From the NCBI GenBank assembly GCA_902568425.1, contig CACFQM010000001.1, positions 967 through 64,966 of the forward strand: a DNA stretch of 64,000 nt. The letters are read 5' to 3'. Origin of the DNA: an uncultured Pelagibacteraceae bacterium. Its GTDB lineage: Bacteria; Pseudomonadota; Alphaproteobacteria; Pelagibacterales; Pelagibacteraceae. The position numbers were made by a program, and so were the translations under genes. Shown here one piece after another: positions 1 to 15,154 of this stretch. The notes beneath the pieces are model-generated. The model was not told where the DNA came from. It ran no database searches and saw nothing but the letters and a program-made list of their open reading frames with translations. The number at the start of each line of letters is the position of its first letter. Within the stretch, counting starts at the first letter, position 1.

Positions 1-288
1 TTACCATCTGATACGTTGATTTACTGTGGGCATGAATACACAGAAAAAAACGGAGAATTTGCAATTAGTATTGATGACCAGAATAAAATTTTAAAGGAAA
101 GAATTAAAAATGTAGCTAGTAAAATTAAACAAGGTCTTCCCTCTATACCTGTAAGTTTAAAAGATGAATTAGATACTAATATTTTTTTGAGATGTGAAAA
201 TCAAAAAATTAAAAGTAAACTACAAATGCATAATTCCTCTAAATTAGAAGTTTTTACAAAATTAAGGAATTTAAAAGATCAATTCTAG
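1..288 (+). CDS. gloB: hydroxyacylglutathione hydrolase (glyoxalase II), C-terminal fragment; 5' end lies outside the window
   Basis: The frame is open from base 1 (LPSDTLIYCGHEYTEKNGEFA...). The HEYT..N..FA block and the helical tail are typical of the C-terminal part of glyoxalase II. Confidence 0.75.
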   Translation, partial: LPSDTLIYCGHEYTEKNGEFAISIDDQNKILKERIKNVASKIKQGLPSIPVSLKDELDTNIFLRCENQKIKSKLQMHNSSKLEVFTKLRNLKDQF

Positions 289-299
289 CACCATATATC

Positions 300-327
300 T
301 TGACTTGTTTAGTTACGGGGTTATATT
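300..327 (+). promoter_or_regulatory. candidate sigma70-type promoter for rplU-rpmA
   Basis: TTGACT (300-305), 16 nt, then TATATT (322-327), in the 66-nt spacer upstream of rplU. This is a motif match only, and -10-like hexamers are common in AT-rich DNA. Confidence 0.3.
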
Positions 328-354
328 GCCATAAATTTTAACAAGGTTTATTTT

Positions 355-801
355 ATGTCTTTTGCAATTATAGAAACAGGTGGAAAACAGTACAAAGTCT
401 CTGCGAGTAATATTCTTAAAGTCGAAAAACTTGATATCAAAAAAGGCAATAAAGTTGAGTTTAAGAAAGTTCTATTAGTAAACGATGACAAGACAGTTGA
501 AATTGGTGATCCAACAGTAAGCGGTGCCATTGTTGAGGGTATGTTGTTGGATAATATTAAGGACAGGAAAGTAATAGTTTTTAAAAAAAGACGAAGACAG
601 AATTCTAGAAAACGTTACGGGCATAGGCAGCCTTTATCCAGGGTTCAGATTACTAAGATAATGTCTAAAAATGGTAAAGTTGTTGCTGAAATTAAAGAAA
701 ATCAAATTAAATTATCTTCTGGAAAAGAAGTAGAAAAGAAATTATCTTCTAAAAAAGTTAAGAATGTTAAAAAAATAGTAAAAAATAAAGAGAAAAAATA
801 A
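355..801 (+). CDS. rplU: 50S ribosomal protein L21 with a Lys-rich C-terminal extension
   Basis: The N-terminus FAIIETGGKQYKV is the L21 signature. It lies directly upstream of rpmA, as in the conserved rplU-rpmA-obg cluster. Confidence 0.9.
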   Translation: MSFAIIETGGKQYKVSASNILKVEKLDIKKGNKVEFKKVLLVNDDKTVEIGDPTVSGAIVEGMLLDNIKDRKVIVFKKRRRQNSRKRYGHRQPLSRVQITKIMSKNGKVVAEIKENQIKLSSGKEVEKKLSSKKVKNVKKIVKNKEKK

Positions 802-807
802 AATACT

Positions 808-1062
808 ATGGCAACAAAAAAAGCAGGTGGATCATCCAAAAACGGCCGAGATAGTGCTGGTCGTCGGTTAGGTGTAAAAAGATATGGCGATCAGATGGTA
901 CAACCTGGAAATATAATAGTTCGTCAAAGAGGTACTAGAATACACCCAGGATCAAATGTGGGTATGGGAAAAGATCATTCAATTTTTTCATTAATTAGCG
1001 GGAAAGTAAAATTTAAAAAGTCTAAATCTAACAGAACTCTTGTATCTGTATTCCCTAAATAA
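808..1062 (+). CDS. rpmA: 50S ribosomal protein L27
   Basis: [21 protein letters not shown]... is the conserved L27 N-terminus. Length is 84 aa. Confidence 0.95.
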   Translation: MATKKAGGSSKNGRDSAGRRLGVKRYGDQMVQPGNIIVRQRGTRIHPGSNVGMGKDHSIFSLISGKVKFKKSKSNRTLVSVFPK

Positions 1063-1073
1063 ATTAAATTTAA

Positions 1074-3159
<2,086 letters not shown>

Positions 3160-3160
<1 letters not shown>

Positions 3161-4407
3161 TGAAAAATTATTTAAATAATATTGGAAAAAAATCTAAAGA
3201 TGCTTTTAAAAATTTAGGTAATGTAAGTCTTAAGAAAAGGAATAAAGTACTAGAGACTTATATAAAATCTTTAAAAAATAATAAAAATAAGATTATTAAA
3301 GAAAATTTAAAAGACATAAAACTTTGTAAGCGTAAAGAATTAATAGATAGACTAATCCTTGATAGTAAGAAAATTGAAAGTATAAGGAGTTCAATTTATG
3401 AAATCATAAGATTTAAAGATCCTTTAGGAAAAGTAATTGAAAAGTGGAAGAGACCAAATAACTTAATAATAAAGAAAGTTTCTGTTCCAATTGGTGTAAT
3501 AGGAATTATTTATGAAAGTAGACCAAATGTAACTAGTGACGTATCTTCTTTGTGTTTAAAATCTGGTAATGTTGCTATTTTGAGAGGTGGTTCTGAGTCA
3601 TTGAATTCAAATAAAATTCTAGCAAATCTTTTTAGAAACTCTCTTTCAAATAATTATGTTGATAAAAACTGTATTCAATTTATCGATAAAAAAAATAGAA
3701 AAATTGTAGATTTTCTTTTATCGCAAATGTCAGATTATATTGATGTTATAGTTCCAAGAGGAGGTAAGAGCTTAGTTAAAAAAGTACAAAAAATCTCGAA
3801 TGTAAACGTAATTGGACATTTGGAAGGTAATTGTCATGTATATGTTGATAAAGATGCTGATCTAAACATGGCAAAAAAAGTAGTTTTAAATTCAAAAATG
3901 CGAAGAACATCAATTTGTGGTGCAGCAGAAACTTTGCTAATTCATGATAAATGTTTGAGGTCTCATTCACTTCCAATTATTAGAGAGTTAATCCTAAAAG
4001 GATGTGAAGTGCTTGTAGATAAAAAAATAAACAAATATTTTAATAATAAACTTAAGTTAGCTAACGAAAGTGATTGGAGAACTGAGTATTTATCACCTAA
4101 AATATCTATAAAGAGCGTAAATGGAGTAAATGAAGCTATTAAACATATATTAAAATATGGAACAATGCATACTGATGCTATCATTACTCGAAATACAAAA
4201 ACGGCAAATATATTTTTGAACGGAATAAATAGTTCAATAGCTGTTCATAATGCGTCGACACAATTCGCAGATGGGGGTGAATTTGGATTTGGTGGAGAAA
4301 TTGGTATATCAACAAATAAGTTGCCACCTAGAGGTCCTGTAGGCATAAATCAGCTTACTTCATATAAATATATGGTCTTTGGAAAAGGTACTATAAGACC
4401 AATATAA
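3160..4407 (+). CDS. proA: gamma-glutamyl phosphate reductase
   Basis: IYESRPNVT, MHTDAIIT and ASTQFADGGEFGFG blocks typical of ProA. Its start overlaps the proB stop (TAATG). Confidence 0.95.
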
Positions 4408-4409
4408 TA

Positions 4410-4949
4410 ATGAAGAAAAAAAGAATTGGAAAAAAAATTGGTATATTTGGAGGAAGCTTTGATCCACCACATAAGGGACATGTTCAAATAGCAAAACTCT
4501 CTTTAAAAAAACTAAACTTGAACTATCTTTTTTGGGCAATTACAAAAAGAAATCCACTTAAAAAAAGACCCCTACTAACTCTTAATGATCGAATTTTACT
4601 TTCAAAAAAATTATTAAGAAAAAATAAAAGAATTAAAATTAAGAGCTTCGATAAATATTTAAGAACCAGTAAAACAATTGAATTACTTAAATTTATAAAA
4701 AATAAATTTAAGAATTCACAAATATATTTCATTATGGGCTCTGATAATATTATAAAATTACATAGATGGCACAATTGGAAAAAGTTTCAAAAATATTGTA
4801 CTATTGTAATATTTCCACGAAGAGGATATTTAAAAAATATGATGGTTTCCAAGGCTTACAGCTACTTTAAAAAAGAAAAAATAATATTATTTAAGTCAAA
4901 AATAGCAGATATTTCGTCTTCCAATATAAGAAAAAATTATCTATTATAA
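4410..4949 (+). CDS. nadD: nicotinate-nucleotide adenylyltransferase
   Basis: GIFGGSFDPPHKGH nucleotidyltransferase (H/T)xGH motif and a C-terminal ISSSNIR motif. It sits in the conserved proA-nadD-rsfS position. Confidence 0.85.
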   Translation: MKKKRIGKKIGIFGGSFDPPHKGHVQIAKLSLKKLNLNYLFWAITKRNPLKKRPLLTLNDRILLSKKLLRKNKRIKIKSFDKYLRTSKTIELLKFIKNKFKNSQIYFIMGSDNIIKLHRWHNWKKFQKYCTIVIFPRRGYLKNMMVSKAYSYFKKEKIILFKSKIADISSSNIRKNYLL

Positions 4950-4954
4950 TAATA

Positions 4955-5302
4955 GTGCAAATTCCTAAAATTAAAAAAATTGTAGAAAAAACTTTAAATC
5001 AAAACAAAGCTGTTAATATAGTTTCAATTAATTTGAAAGGTAAGACTTCCATAGCAGATTATATGGTAATTGCCTCAGGTACATCATCAAGACATATTCA
5101 ATCAATGTCAGAGATCTTATTAAAAGAGTTACAAAAAAATGGAGTTTATAAATGTAAAATGGAAGGTAGAACAAGTCCTGATTGGAAACTGATTGATGCA
5201 ATAGATATTATAATTCATATTTTTCATCCAGAAAAAAGAAAGTTTTATGACTTAGAAAAAATGTGGTCAGAACCAATAGCTAAGGATCGATTAAGTATAT
5301 GA
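4955..5302 (+). CDS. rsfS: ribosomal silencing factor RsfS (iojap family)
   Basis: ADYMVIASGTSSRHIQSM ... DIIIHIFHPEKRKFYDLEKMW is the RsfS pattern. It has a GTG start. Confidence 0.85.
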   Translation: MQIPKIKKIVEKTLNQNKAVNIVSINLKGKTSIADYMVIASGTSSRHIQSMSEILLKELQKNGVYKCKMEGRTSPDWKLIDAIDIIIHIFHPEKRKFYDLEKMWSEPIAKDRLSI

Positions 5303-6435
5303 AAAAAATATTATATAAATTTATAATTACTTTATTTTTTGCCTCAAATCTTTTAGCAAATACTAATAATGAGGAGCTTTACAAAAAAATTGATTTATTT
5401 GCCGAAGTTCTAGACAAAATTAAAAAAGAGTATGTTGATAAGGTTGACCAATCTGAGCTTATTGATGATGCTATTAACGGAGCTCTTCAATCTTTAGATC
5501 CGTATTCCGCCTACATGAACCCAGAATTTTTCGATAGTATGCAGACTGATACAAGGGGGGAATTTGGTGGTTTAGGTATTGAGGTTGGTATGGAAGCTGG
5601 AGTAGTAAAAGTAATATCTCCAATTGATGGAACACCAGCATCTAAAGCAGGTATCAAAGCTGGCGATTACATTATAAAAATTGATGGAACACAAGTTCAA
5701 GGTAAGTCATTAATGGAAGCTGTAAAATTAATGAGAGGTCCGGTTGGATCTGAGATAAATTTAACTATAAGACGAAAAGGTAAAAAAAAGGCATTTATCA
5801 AAACTATTAAAAGAGAAATTATTGAGATTAAATCTGTTGAAGCAAAAATCATAAAAAATAAAATTGGTTATCTAAGATTGAAGGCGTTTAATGAGAACAG
5901 TAGCAAACAACTTATTAAAATAATCTCAGGTTTTGAAAAAAGTGAAAAACCAGTTGGATACATTCTTGATTTAAGAAATAATCCTGGGGGTCTATTAACC
6001 CAAGCAATTCAGGTTACTGATTTTTTTCTTGATGAAGGGGAGATTTTATCTACACGTGGCAGAAAGGTAACTGAAAATAGAAGATTTTTTGCAAAGAAAG
6101 GCGATAAAGTAAATGGTAAGCCACTAATAGTTTTAATTAACAACGGGTCTGCTTCTGCATCAGAAATAGTTGCTGGAGCACTTAAGGATCACAAAAGAGC
6201 AATTATCTTAGGCAGTTCAACTTATGGTAAAGGTTCTGTTCAATCAATTATTCCTCTAAATAATGGTGGAGGGATAAGAATTACGATTTCAAAATATTAC
6301 TTACCGTCTGGAAAATCTATCTCAGAGGTAGGAGTGAAGCCAGATATTTTTATTGATGATGAGGCAGATGATTTTCAGATAGATACCAAATCTGATAATC
6401 AACTCAATTACGCATTAAAACTTCTAACTACTTAA
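5299..6435 (+). CDS. ctpA: carboxy-terminal processing protease (S41 family)
   Basis: Signal peptide, PDZ region (GEFGGLGIEV...GIKAGDYIIKIDG) and S41 catalytic blocks NNGSASASEIVAGALKD and YGKGSVQ. Confidence 0.85.
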   Translation: MKKILYKFIITLFFASNLLANTNNEELYKKIDLFAEVLDKIKKEYVDKVDQSELIDDAINGALQSLDPYSAYMNPEFFDSMQTDTRGEFGGLGIEVGMEAGVVKVISPIDGTPASKAGIKAGDYIIKIDGTQVQGKSLMEAVKLMRGPVGSEINLTIRRKGKKKAFIKTIKREIIEIKSVEAKIIKNKIGYLRLKAFNENSSKQLIKIISGFEKSEKPVGYILDLRNNPGGLLTQAIQVTDFFLDEGEILSTRGRKVTENRRFFAKKGDKVNGKPLIVLINNGSASASEIVAGALKDHKRAIILGSSTYGKGSVQSIIPLNNGGGIRITISKYYLPSGKSISEVGVKPDIFIDDEADDFQIDTKSDNQLNYALKLLTT

Positions 6436-6906
6436 ATGACTGAAAAAATATTGCCGATGAGAAATGGTGTTGGGGCAGTTGTTTTAAATAAAAATAACAA
6501 AGTTTTTGTTGGTAAAAGAATAGATAATCCAGGTAAATTTTGGCAAATGCCCCAAGGTGGTGTTGATGAAGGTGAAAAATATTTTGATGCGATGAAAAGA
6601 GAGCTTTTTGAGGAGACTGGTATTAAAAATTTTGAAGTGATCAAAGAAATTGAAGGCATGACAGAATATGAGTTGCCGGATTATCTATTAGGAAAAATTT
6701 GGAAAGGCAAATATAGAGGTCAGAAGCAAAAATGGTTTGTTATTAGATTTTTAGGGGATGATAAAGAGATAAACTTGAACACCAGTAAACCAGAATTTAA
6801 TGAGTGGAAATGGGCAAATCTTGATGATCTTCCAAGTATAATAGTAGGTTTTAAAAAAAAACTTTATATGAAATTGGTTCCGAAAATTAAGCTAATTATT
6901 GGTTAA
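6436..6906 (+). CDS. rppH: RNA pyrophosphohydrolase (Nudix)
   Basis: Nudix box GGVDEGEKYFDAMKRELFEETG preceded by WQMPQGG, typical of RppH/NudH. Confidence 0.85.
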   Translation: MTEKILPMRNGVGAVVLNKNNKVFVGKRIDNPGKFWQMPQGGVDEGEKYFDAMKRELFEETGIKNFEVIKEIEGMTEYELPDYLLGKIWKGKYRGQKQKWFVIRFLGDDKEINLNTSKPEFNEWKWANLDDLPSIIVGFKKKLYMKLVPKIKLIIG

Positions 6907-7285
6907 TTTTCAAAAGCGTATCAATTTTATGTGACACAATATATTTTGCTTTGTCACTCAAATTGTCTTGTGTTAGTTTGCTTTTGCTTTCTTCAATTAT
7001 TTTATTTATATTTTGATTTTTGATACTTTCTAGAGATGTAATAGTTGATGAAAGTATTATAAGAGTATTATTTGAAAATTCCACAGTTCCCTCCTCAACA
7101 AAAAATTGACTTTGCTTGCTTCCTTCAACTTTCGTTATACCCGGCCTTAAAAAAGTTATCAGTGGTATATGATCTGCAAGAATGGTCATCTCGCCTTCAA
7201 AGGATGGTATTGTTACTGAATTAACTTTTTCAGAAAGTAGAATGCTTTCTGGAGAAATTATTTCGAGATTGAAATTTTTTTCCAT
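6896..7285 (-). CDS. atpC: F0F1 ATP synthase subunit epsilon
   Basis: 129 aa. It is the last gene of the atpHAGDC order, with the N-terminal beta-sandwich pattern (LEIISPE...VTIPSFEGEMTILADHIPLIT). Confidence 0.9.
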   Translation of the reverse strand: MEKNFNLEIISPESILLSEKVNSVTIPSFEGEMTILADHIPLITFLRPGITKVEGSKQSQFFVEEGTVEFSNNTLIILSSTITSLESIKNQNINKIIEESKSKLTQDNLSDKAKYIVSHKIDTLLKINQ

Positions 7286-9586
<2,301 letters not shown>

Positions 9587-9587
<1 letters not shown>

Positions 9588-11128
9588 TATTTTTTTTCAA
9601 AATTAGATTTTTTATAATTTGTTATAACCTCTGTTAAAAGCTTTTCAGTGTTCTCTTCGATCTTTCCGGTATTTTGAATTGACTCTAATATTTCAGGTTT
9701 TTCATTCTTAATTAAATCTAATAAACCCTTTTCGAATGATCGGATTTGATTGTTTTCAATAGTATCTAAATAACCTTTTACACCACAATAAACTGTTACA
9801 ACCTGTTCTGCTACTGTCATTGGGCTGTACTGATCCTGCTTTAATAACTCCGTTAGCTTAGAACCCCTGTTTAATAATTTTTGAGTTGATGCATCTAAGT
9901 CAGATCCAAATTGAGCAAAAGCTGCCATCTCTCTATATTGTGCTAATTCTAATTTTATTGAACCTGCAACTTTTTTCATTGCTTTGGTTTGAGCTGCAGA
10001 ACCAACTCTAGAAACAGACAGACCTACATTTACTGCAGGTCGTATTCCTTGATTAAAAAGTTCTGTTTCTAAAAAGATCTGGCCATCAGTTATTGAAATA
10101 ACATTAGTGGGAATATAAGCGGATACGTCACCTGCTTGAGTTTCAATTATTGGTAAAGCAGTCAGTGAACCTCCACCATTATCATCATTTAGCTTTGCTG
10201 CACGTTCAAGTAATCTACTATGCAAATAAAATACGTCGCCTGGGTATGCCTCTCTACCTGGTGGACGTCTTAATAAAAGTGACATTTGTCTGTAAGCAAC
10301 TGCTTGTTTGGATAAATCATCATAAATTATTAAGGCATGCATTCCATTATCCCGAAAGAATTCACCAAATGTGCATCCTGTGTATGGTGCTAAAAATTGT
10401 AACGGGGCAGGATCAGATGCTGTTGCTGAAACAACAATTGTGTAATCCATCGCTCCAGCGTCTTGTAAAGTTTTGACAATTTGAGCAACTGTTGATCTTT
10501 TTTGACCAATTGCAACGTAAATACAATAAAGTTTCTTTTTTTCATCATCTGACTCATTTATTTTTTTTTGGTTAATTATTGTATCAACTGCAACTGCAGT
10601 TTTTCCGGTTTGTCTATCTCCAATTATTAATTCTCTTTGTCCTCTTCCTACTGGAATTAAACTATCAATTGCTTTTAAACCTGTTTGCATAGGTTCACCA
10701 ACAGACTTTCTTGGTATAATTCCTGGAGCCTTAACTTCAACCCTTTTTCTTTTAATGTTTTTATCTAAATTTTCTTTACCATCAATTGGATTTCCTAATG
10801 CATCAACTACTCTACCAAGTAACTCTTTACCAACAGGTACATCAACTATAGCCCCAGTTCTTTTTACTGTATCACCTTCTTTAATTGATCTATCATCTCC
10901 AAAAATAACAATACCAACATTATCGTTTTCTAGGTTAAGAGCCATACCCTTTGAATTATCCTGGAACACAACCATTTCGCCAGCTTGAACATTGTCTAAG
11001 CCGTAAACTCTAGCAATACCATCTCCTACGGAAAGAACTTTTCCAATTTCAGAAACTTCGGCTTTATCTCCTAAATTCTTTATTTGCTCTTTTAAAATTT
11101 TTGTAATTTCTGAAGGATTTATATCCAT
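9587..11128 (-). CDS. atpA: F0F1 ATP synthase subunit alpha
   Basis: Walker A GDRQTGKT and the [27 protein letters not shown] block. Confidence 0.98.
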
Positions 11129-11686
11129 TTAACTCTCCAATAATACTTTTTTGTAATTTGCTAATTTATTTTTGATAGAGGTATCAATCATAAGACTACC
11201 AATTTGTAAAACAACTCCTCCAATTAAACTTTCATCTATTTCTGATTTAAGCTTGATAGTTCCTTTTACATTTTCAGAAATCTCTTTTTCAATTTCAGAA
11301 ATAGTTTTATTATCTATCTGCTTTGATGAAAATAAATTTGCACTTATTTCACCTTTCTTGTGAGAGACCAGTTTTAAAAATTCTTCAATAATTTCGCTTA
11401 CAAAAAAAATTCTTTTTTTATTTATTAAGATAAAGAAAAAGTTTTTTATGATTTTATCAGCGTTCAGTGCATTTAATATTTTCTCAAATACTTCTTTTTG
11501 ACTTTGGTTTGTATTGGTTGGATTTTTAATATAGTTTTTTAAATTATTGTCTGAATGATAGATTTTCAAAAAGTTGCTTAAACTAGAAACGTATTCGTCA
11601 GTTTTGTTTGCTTCGTTGGAAAGCTCCAATAAAGCTAGAGCGTATCTTTGTGATATTCCGCCTGAAAATGATTTATTACTGCTCAA
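11129..11686 (-). CDS. atpH: F0F1 ATP synthase subunit delta (OSCP)
   Basis: 185 aa, first gene of the atpHAGDC cluster. It has the OSCP-like N-terminus (RYALALLELS) and a C-terminal GGVVLQIG motif. Confidence 0.85.
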   Translation of the reverse strand: MSSNKSFSGGISQRYALALLELSNEANKTDEYVSSLSNFLKIYHSDNNLKNYIKNPTNTNQSQKEVFEKILNALNADKIIKNFFFILINKKRIFFVSEIIEEFLKLVSHKKGEISANLFSSKQIDNKTISEIEKEISENVKGTIKLKSEIDESLIGGVVLQIGSLMIDTSIKNKLANYKKVLLES

Positions 11687-11770
11687 AGTAGTTCCTATAT
11701 GATTGAGTTAAAATTAATGAGATTTCGTATCATAGGAAATTGCTCTGTTCAAGTGTGATTGAAACGCATA

Positions 11771-13723
11771 TTAACTAAAATTTAGAGGGTCTACATCAAC
11801 TGTAAGTTTAATTTTTTTAGATAAATTAATTTTTTTTAGTATTTTAGCTATATCTTTTTGTATAAAAAGATTGTTTCTGGATCTTAAAAGCAATCTGGTT
11901 CTATAATTATTTTTAATTTTAAATATTGGAGAACTCACTGGTCCCATTACTTCTGCATATTTTAGAATAGATAAATTTTTTTTAATTTTTTTAGCTTCTA
12001 AAATTCCATCTTTTTCATTTTTTGATGATATTATTAGAGCTATAAGTCTTGTAAATGGTGGAAGATTTTTTTCTTTTCTCAAATTTATCTCATCTTCTAA
12101 AAACTGAGCAGAGTCATTTTCTAATATATTCTTTAGAGTCTCATCCGAAGGATTAAAAGTTTGATATATAACAAGAGAGTCTTTGCTAAATCTACCTGCC
12201 CTTCCACTTAATTGATTGTATAATTGAATATTTTTTTCAGTCGATCTTAGGTCAAAACCCATTCCTGAAAAATCAGCATCTACAACTACAATACAGTTAA
12301 GATTAGGAAAGTTAAATCCTTTTGAAATTAGTTGAGTTCCAACAAGAATATCAATTTTATTGTTTTCTATATCTGAAAGTAAGTTTTTAGTTTCCTTTTT
12401 TTTATTAAGAAAATCACTAGATAATATTTTAATATTTTTTTCAGGAAATATTTGCTTCAGTTCGGCATAAATTTTTTCAACGCCTGGACCGTACATTTGA
12501 TAATCACAATTATTTTCTGTTTTTTTACAACGCGAGTTTAGACTAGATTTATATCCACAATGATGACACATAGCTTTATTTATATGCTTGTGAAAAGTTA
12601 AATAAATTGAGCAATTAGGACAATCAAGTTTTGAGCCACAAGTCTTACAAATTATAAATGGTGCGTAACCTCTTCTATTCAGGAAAAAAAGAACTTGATC
12701 TTTTTTTTCAAGATATTTTTTTACGAAATTAATTGTTTTTGGATCTAACCAAATATTTTTTTTCTTTCGGTCTAATTTAAGATCAACTACCTCAGCATTT
12801 GGAAGGGAGAAGTTTTTATATCTTTTTTCTAGCTTGGTGAAATTATATTTCTTATTTTTAACATTATTGAATGTCTCTAATGAGGGAATAGAGGTAGAAA
12901 GTAAAACTGGAATATTTTCTATTGATGCTCTTGAGATTGCCATATCTCTTGCATTATATCTGATACCTTCGTCTTGTTTATAAGAAGAGTCATGTTCTTC
13001 ATCAACAACTATTAATCCTAGATTTTTAAATGGTAAAAATAATGATGATCTTGCTCCTACAACTAATTTAATTTCACCATTAATAATATTTTTCCAAATA
13101 ATTCTTTTGTTTTTTTTTGTTATTTTTGAATGCCAAACTGCCGGTTTAAAGCCAAAGTAATCTTCGAATCTTTGATTAAATTGATTTGTCAAAAAGATTT
13201 CGGGTAGTAAAACTAAAGATTGTTTTCCTTTTGAAATATTTTCTTTTATTTTTTCAAAATATACAAGTGTTTTACCTGATCCAGTAATACCTTGTAAGAG
13301 CGTTGTGCTAAATTTATTACCCAAATTATTTATATCTTTAAGACATTTTTTTTGCTCGTCATTTAAAACAAATTTTTTTTTAATTTTTAGACTGTTGTGA
13401 AAAGTTTCTTTTTTTTTTGAAAAAAAAGACTCATCGCCTAGACACATCTTTAGAACCATTCCTTTTGGTGCTAAATTATATAAAGAGAACCAATTAATGA
13501 ATTTTATCAAATTGCCGCTCAATGATACTGATTTTTTTTCTTTTATATCCTTTAATTTAAAATTTTTATTTGTATTTTCTTCTTTGTCCCACACAACCCC
13601 GATTTCTTCCTCTTTTCCAAAGGGAACTGAAACAATAGATCCAGTTTTTAATTTTCCAAATTTTTTAGAAAGATAGGTATGCGGATGATCAAAAATTCTT
13701 GGTAAAAGAACTGGTACTTTCAT
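11771..13723 (-). CDS. priA: primosomal replication-restart helicase PriA
   Basis: Walker A GITGSGKT, DEEH box (VVDEEHD), a Cys-rich zinc insertion (CKTCGSKLDCPNCS...CHHCG) and the GRAGR motif. Confidence 0.9.
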   Translation of the reverse strand: MKVPVLLPRIFDHPHTYLSKKFGKLKTGSIVSVPFGKEEEIGVVWDKEENTNKNFKLKDIKEKKSVSLSGNLIKFINWFSLYNLAPKGMVLKMCLGDESFFSKKKETFHNSLKIKKKFVLNDEQKKCLKDINNLGNKFSTTLLQGITGSGKTLVYFEKIKENISKGKQSLVLLPEIFLTNQFNQRFEDYFGFKPAVWHSKITKKNKRIIWKNIINGEIKLVVGARSSLFLPFKNLGLIVVDEEHDSSYKQDEGIRYNARDMAISRASIENIPVLLSTSIPSLETFNNVKNKKYNFTKLEKRYKNFSLPNAEVVDLKLDRKKKNIWLDPKTINFVKKYLEKKDQVLFFLNRRGYAPFIICKTCGSKLDCPNCSIYLTFHKHINKAMCHHCGYKSSLNSRCKKTENNCDYQMYGPGVEKIYAELKQIFPEKNIKILSSDFLNKKKETKNLLSDIENNKIDILVGTQLISKGFNFPNLNCIVVVDADFSGMGFDLRSTEKNIQLYNQLSGRAGRFSKDSLVIYQTFNPSDETLKNILENDSAQFLEDEINLRKEKNLPPFTRLIALIISSKNEKDGILEAKKIKKNLSILKYAEVMGPVSSPIFKIKNNYRTRLLLRSRNNLFIQKDIAKILKKINLSKKIKLTVDVDPLNFS

Positions 13724-13744
13724 TATTTTAAAAAATAAATTTGC

Positions 13745-15148
13745 TTAAAAATGAATAGGTCTTTTTTCAACTGCTAAAGCAGCCTCTTTAATTGCTTCAG
13801 TATGAGTTGGATGAGCATGGCATGTTCTAGCGATATCTTCTGAGCTTGCCCCAAATTCCATCGCTATTGCCATTTCAGCAATCATATCTCCACTATGCGG
13901 ACCTATTATGTGTACACCCAAAACTTTATCGGTTTTTGAGTCAGCTAATATTTTCACAAATCCTTCCGTTTCATTGTTAACTTTAGCTCTAGAGTTTGCC
14001 ATAAAAGGAAATTTTCCAATTTTATAATTTATGTTCAGCTTTTTTAATTCTTCCTCAGTTTTTCCAACAGCAGCGACTTCTGGTGTAGTGTAAATTACTC
14101 CTGGAATCACATCATAATTTACGTGCCCAGATTGACCTGCGAGAATTTCTGCAACAGCTATTCCCTCTTCTTCTGCTTTGTGAGCCAACATTGGTCCTTT
14201 AATTACATCTCCAATTGCAAAAATATTTTTAATTGAAGTCCTAAATTCTTTATCAACATCAATTCTGCCCTTTTTATCCTTGTTTATACCAATCTTTGAA
14301 AGATTTAGACCGTCTGTGTAAGGCTTTCTACCAACAGAGACTAAAACTTTTTCACATTCAATTTTGTTTTTTGTTTTGGTATTCTTATCTTCAAATTCCA
14401 CAATAACTTTACTGTTTTCGTCCTTTACATTTGTAACTTTGTTGTTTAGTAAAAATTTTATACCTTGTTTAGTTAAAATCTTTTGAAACTCTTTTGAAAC
14501 TTCTCTGTCCATACCTGGTGTAATATGATCCAAATATTCAATTACTGTTACATCAGAGCCTAATCTCGACCATACAGAACCCATCTCTAGACCGATATAA
14601 CCACCGCCGATAACAACCATGCTTTTTGGAACTTTCTCCAAAGATATAGCACCTGTCGAAGAAACTATATTTTTTTCATTAATTTCAATACCTGGAACAG
14701 AACTTGATGATGAACCAGTAGCAATGACAATATTTTTTGATTTGTAAGAGGTTTTTTTGCCATTTTCATATACGACTACATCATTTTTTGAAAATAAAAC
14801 TCCTTTGCCCTTTATGTAAGCGACTTTATTTTTTTTAAATAAAAACTCAACACCTTTTGTTAATACTTGAACTGACTTACTTTTATTCATCATTATTTTT
14901 TTCAAGTTTAATTTCACTTCCCCAACCTCTATACCAAGATTATTATAATCTTTTTGTGCTTTTTTATACATATCTGATAGATTCAAAAGACTTTTAGAAG
15001 GAATACATCCAACATTTAAACATGTGCCTCCAAGAGTTCCTCTTGACTCGATGCAGCCTGTCTTTAGACCAAGTTGCGCCGCCCGGATCGCACAAACATA
15101 ACCTCCAGGTCCACCACCAATAACTAATAAATCAAATTGTTCACTCAT
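13745..15148 (-). CDS. lpdA: dihydrolipoyl dehydrogenase (E3)
   Basis: GGGPGGY FAD motif, redox-active CLNVGCIPSK, and the C-terminal HAHPT interface motif. Confidence 0.95.
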   Translation of the reverse strand: MSEQFDLLVIGGGPGGYVCAIRAAQLGLKTGCIESRGTLGGTCLNVGCIPSKSLLNLSDMYKKAQKDYNNLGIEVGEVKLNLKKIMMNKSKSVQVLTKGVEFLFKKNKVAYIKGKGVLFSKNDVVVYENGKKTSYKSKNIVIATGSSSSSVPGIEINEKNIVSSTGAISLEKVPKSMVVIGGGYIGLEMGSVWSRLGSDVTVIEYLDHITPGMDREVSKEFQKILTKQGIKFLLNNKVTNVKDENSKVIVEFEDKNTKTKNKIECEKVLVSVGRKPYTDGLNLSKIGINKDKKGRIDVDKEFRTSIKNIFAIGDVIKGPMLAHKAEEEGIAVAEILAGQSGHVNYDVIPGVIYTTPEVAAVGKTEEELKKLNINYKIGKFPFMANSRAKVNNETEGFVKILADSKTDKVLGVHIIGPHSGDMIAEMAIAMEFGASSEDIARTCHAHPTHTEAIKEAALAVEKRPIHF

Positions 15149-15154
15149 TTTTTT

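Noticed and set aside
11687-11770. Imperfect inverted repeat CCTATATGAT...ATCATAGG between priA and atpH, considered as a terminator.
   Set aside because: The arms are imperfect, the loop is about 25 nt, and there is no U-tract. The region more likely just contains the atp promoter.
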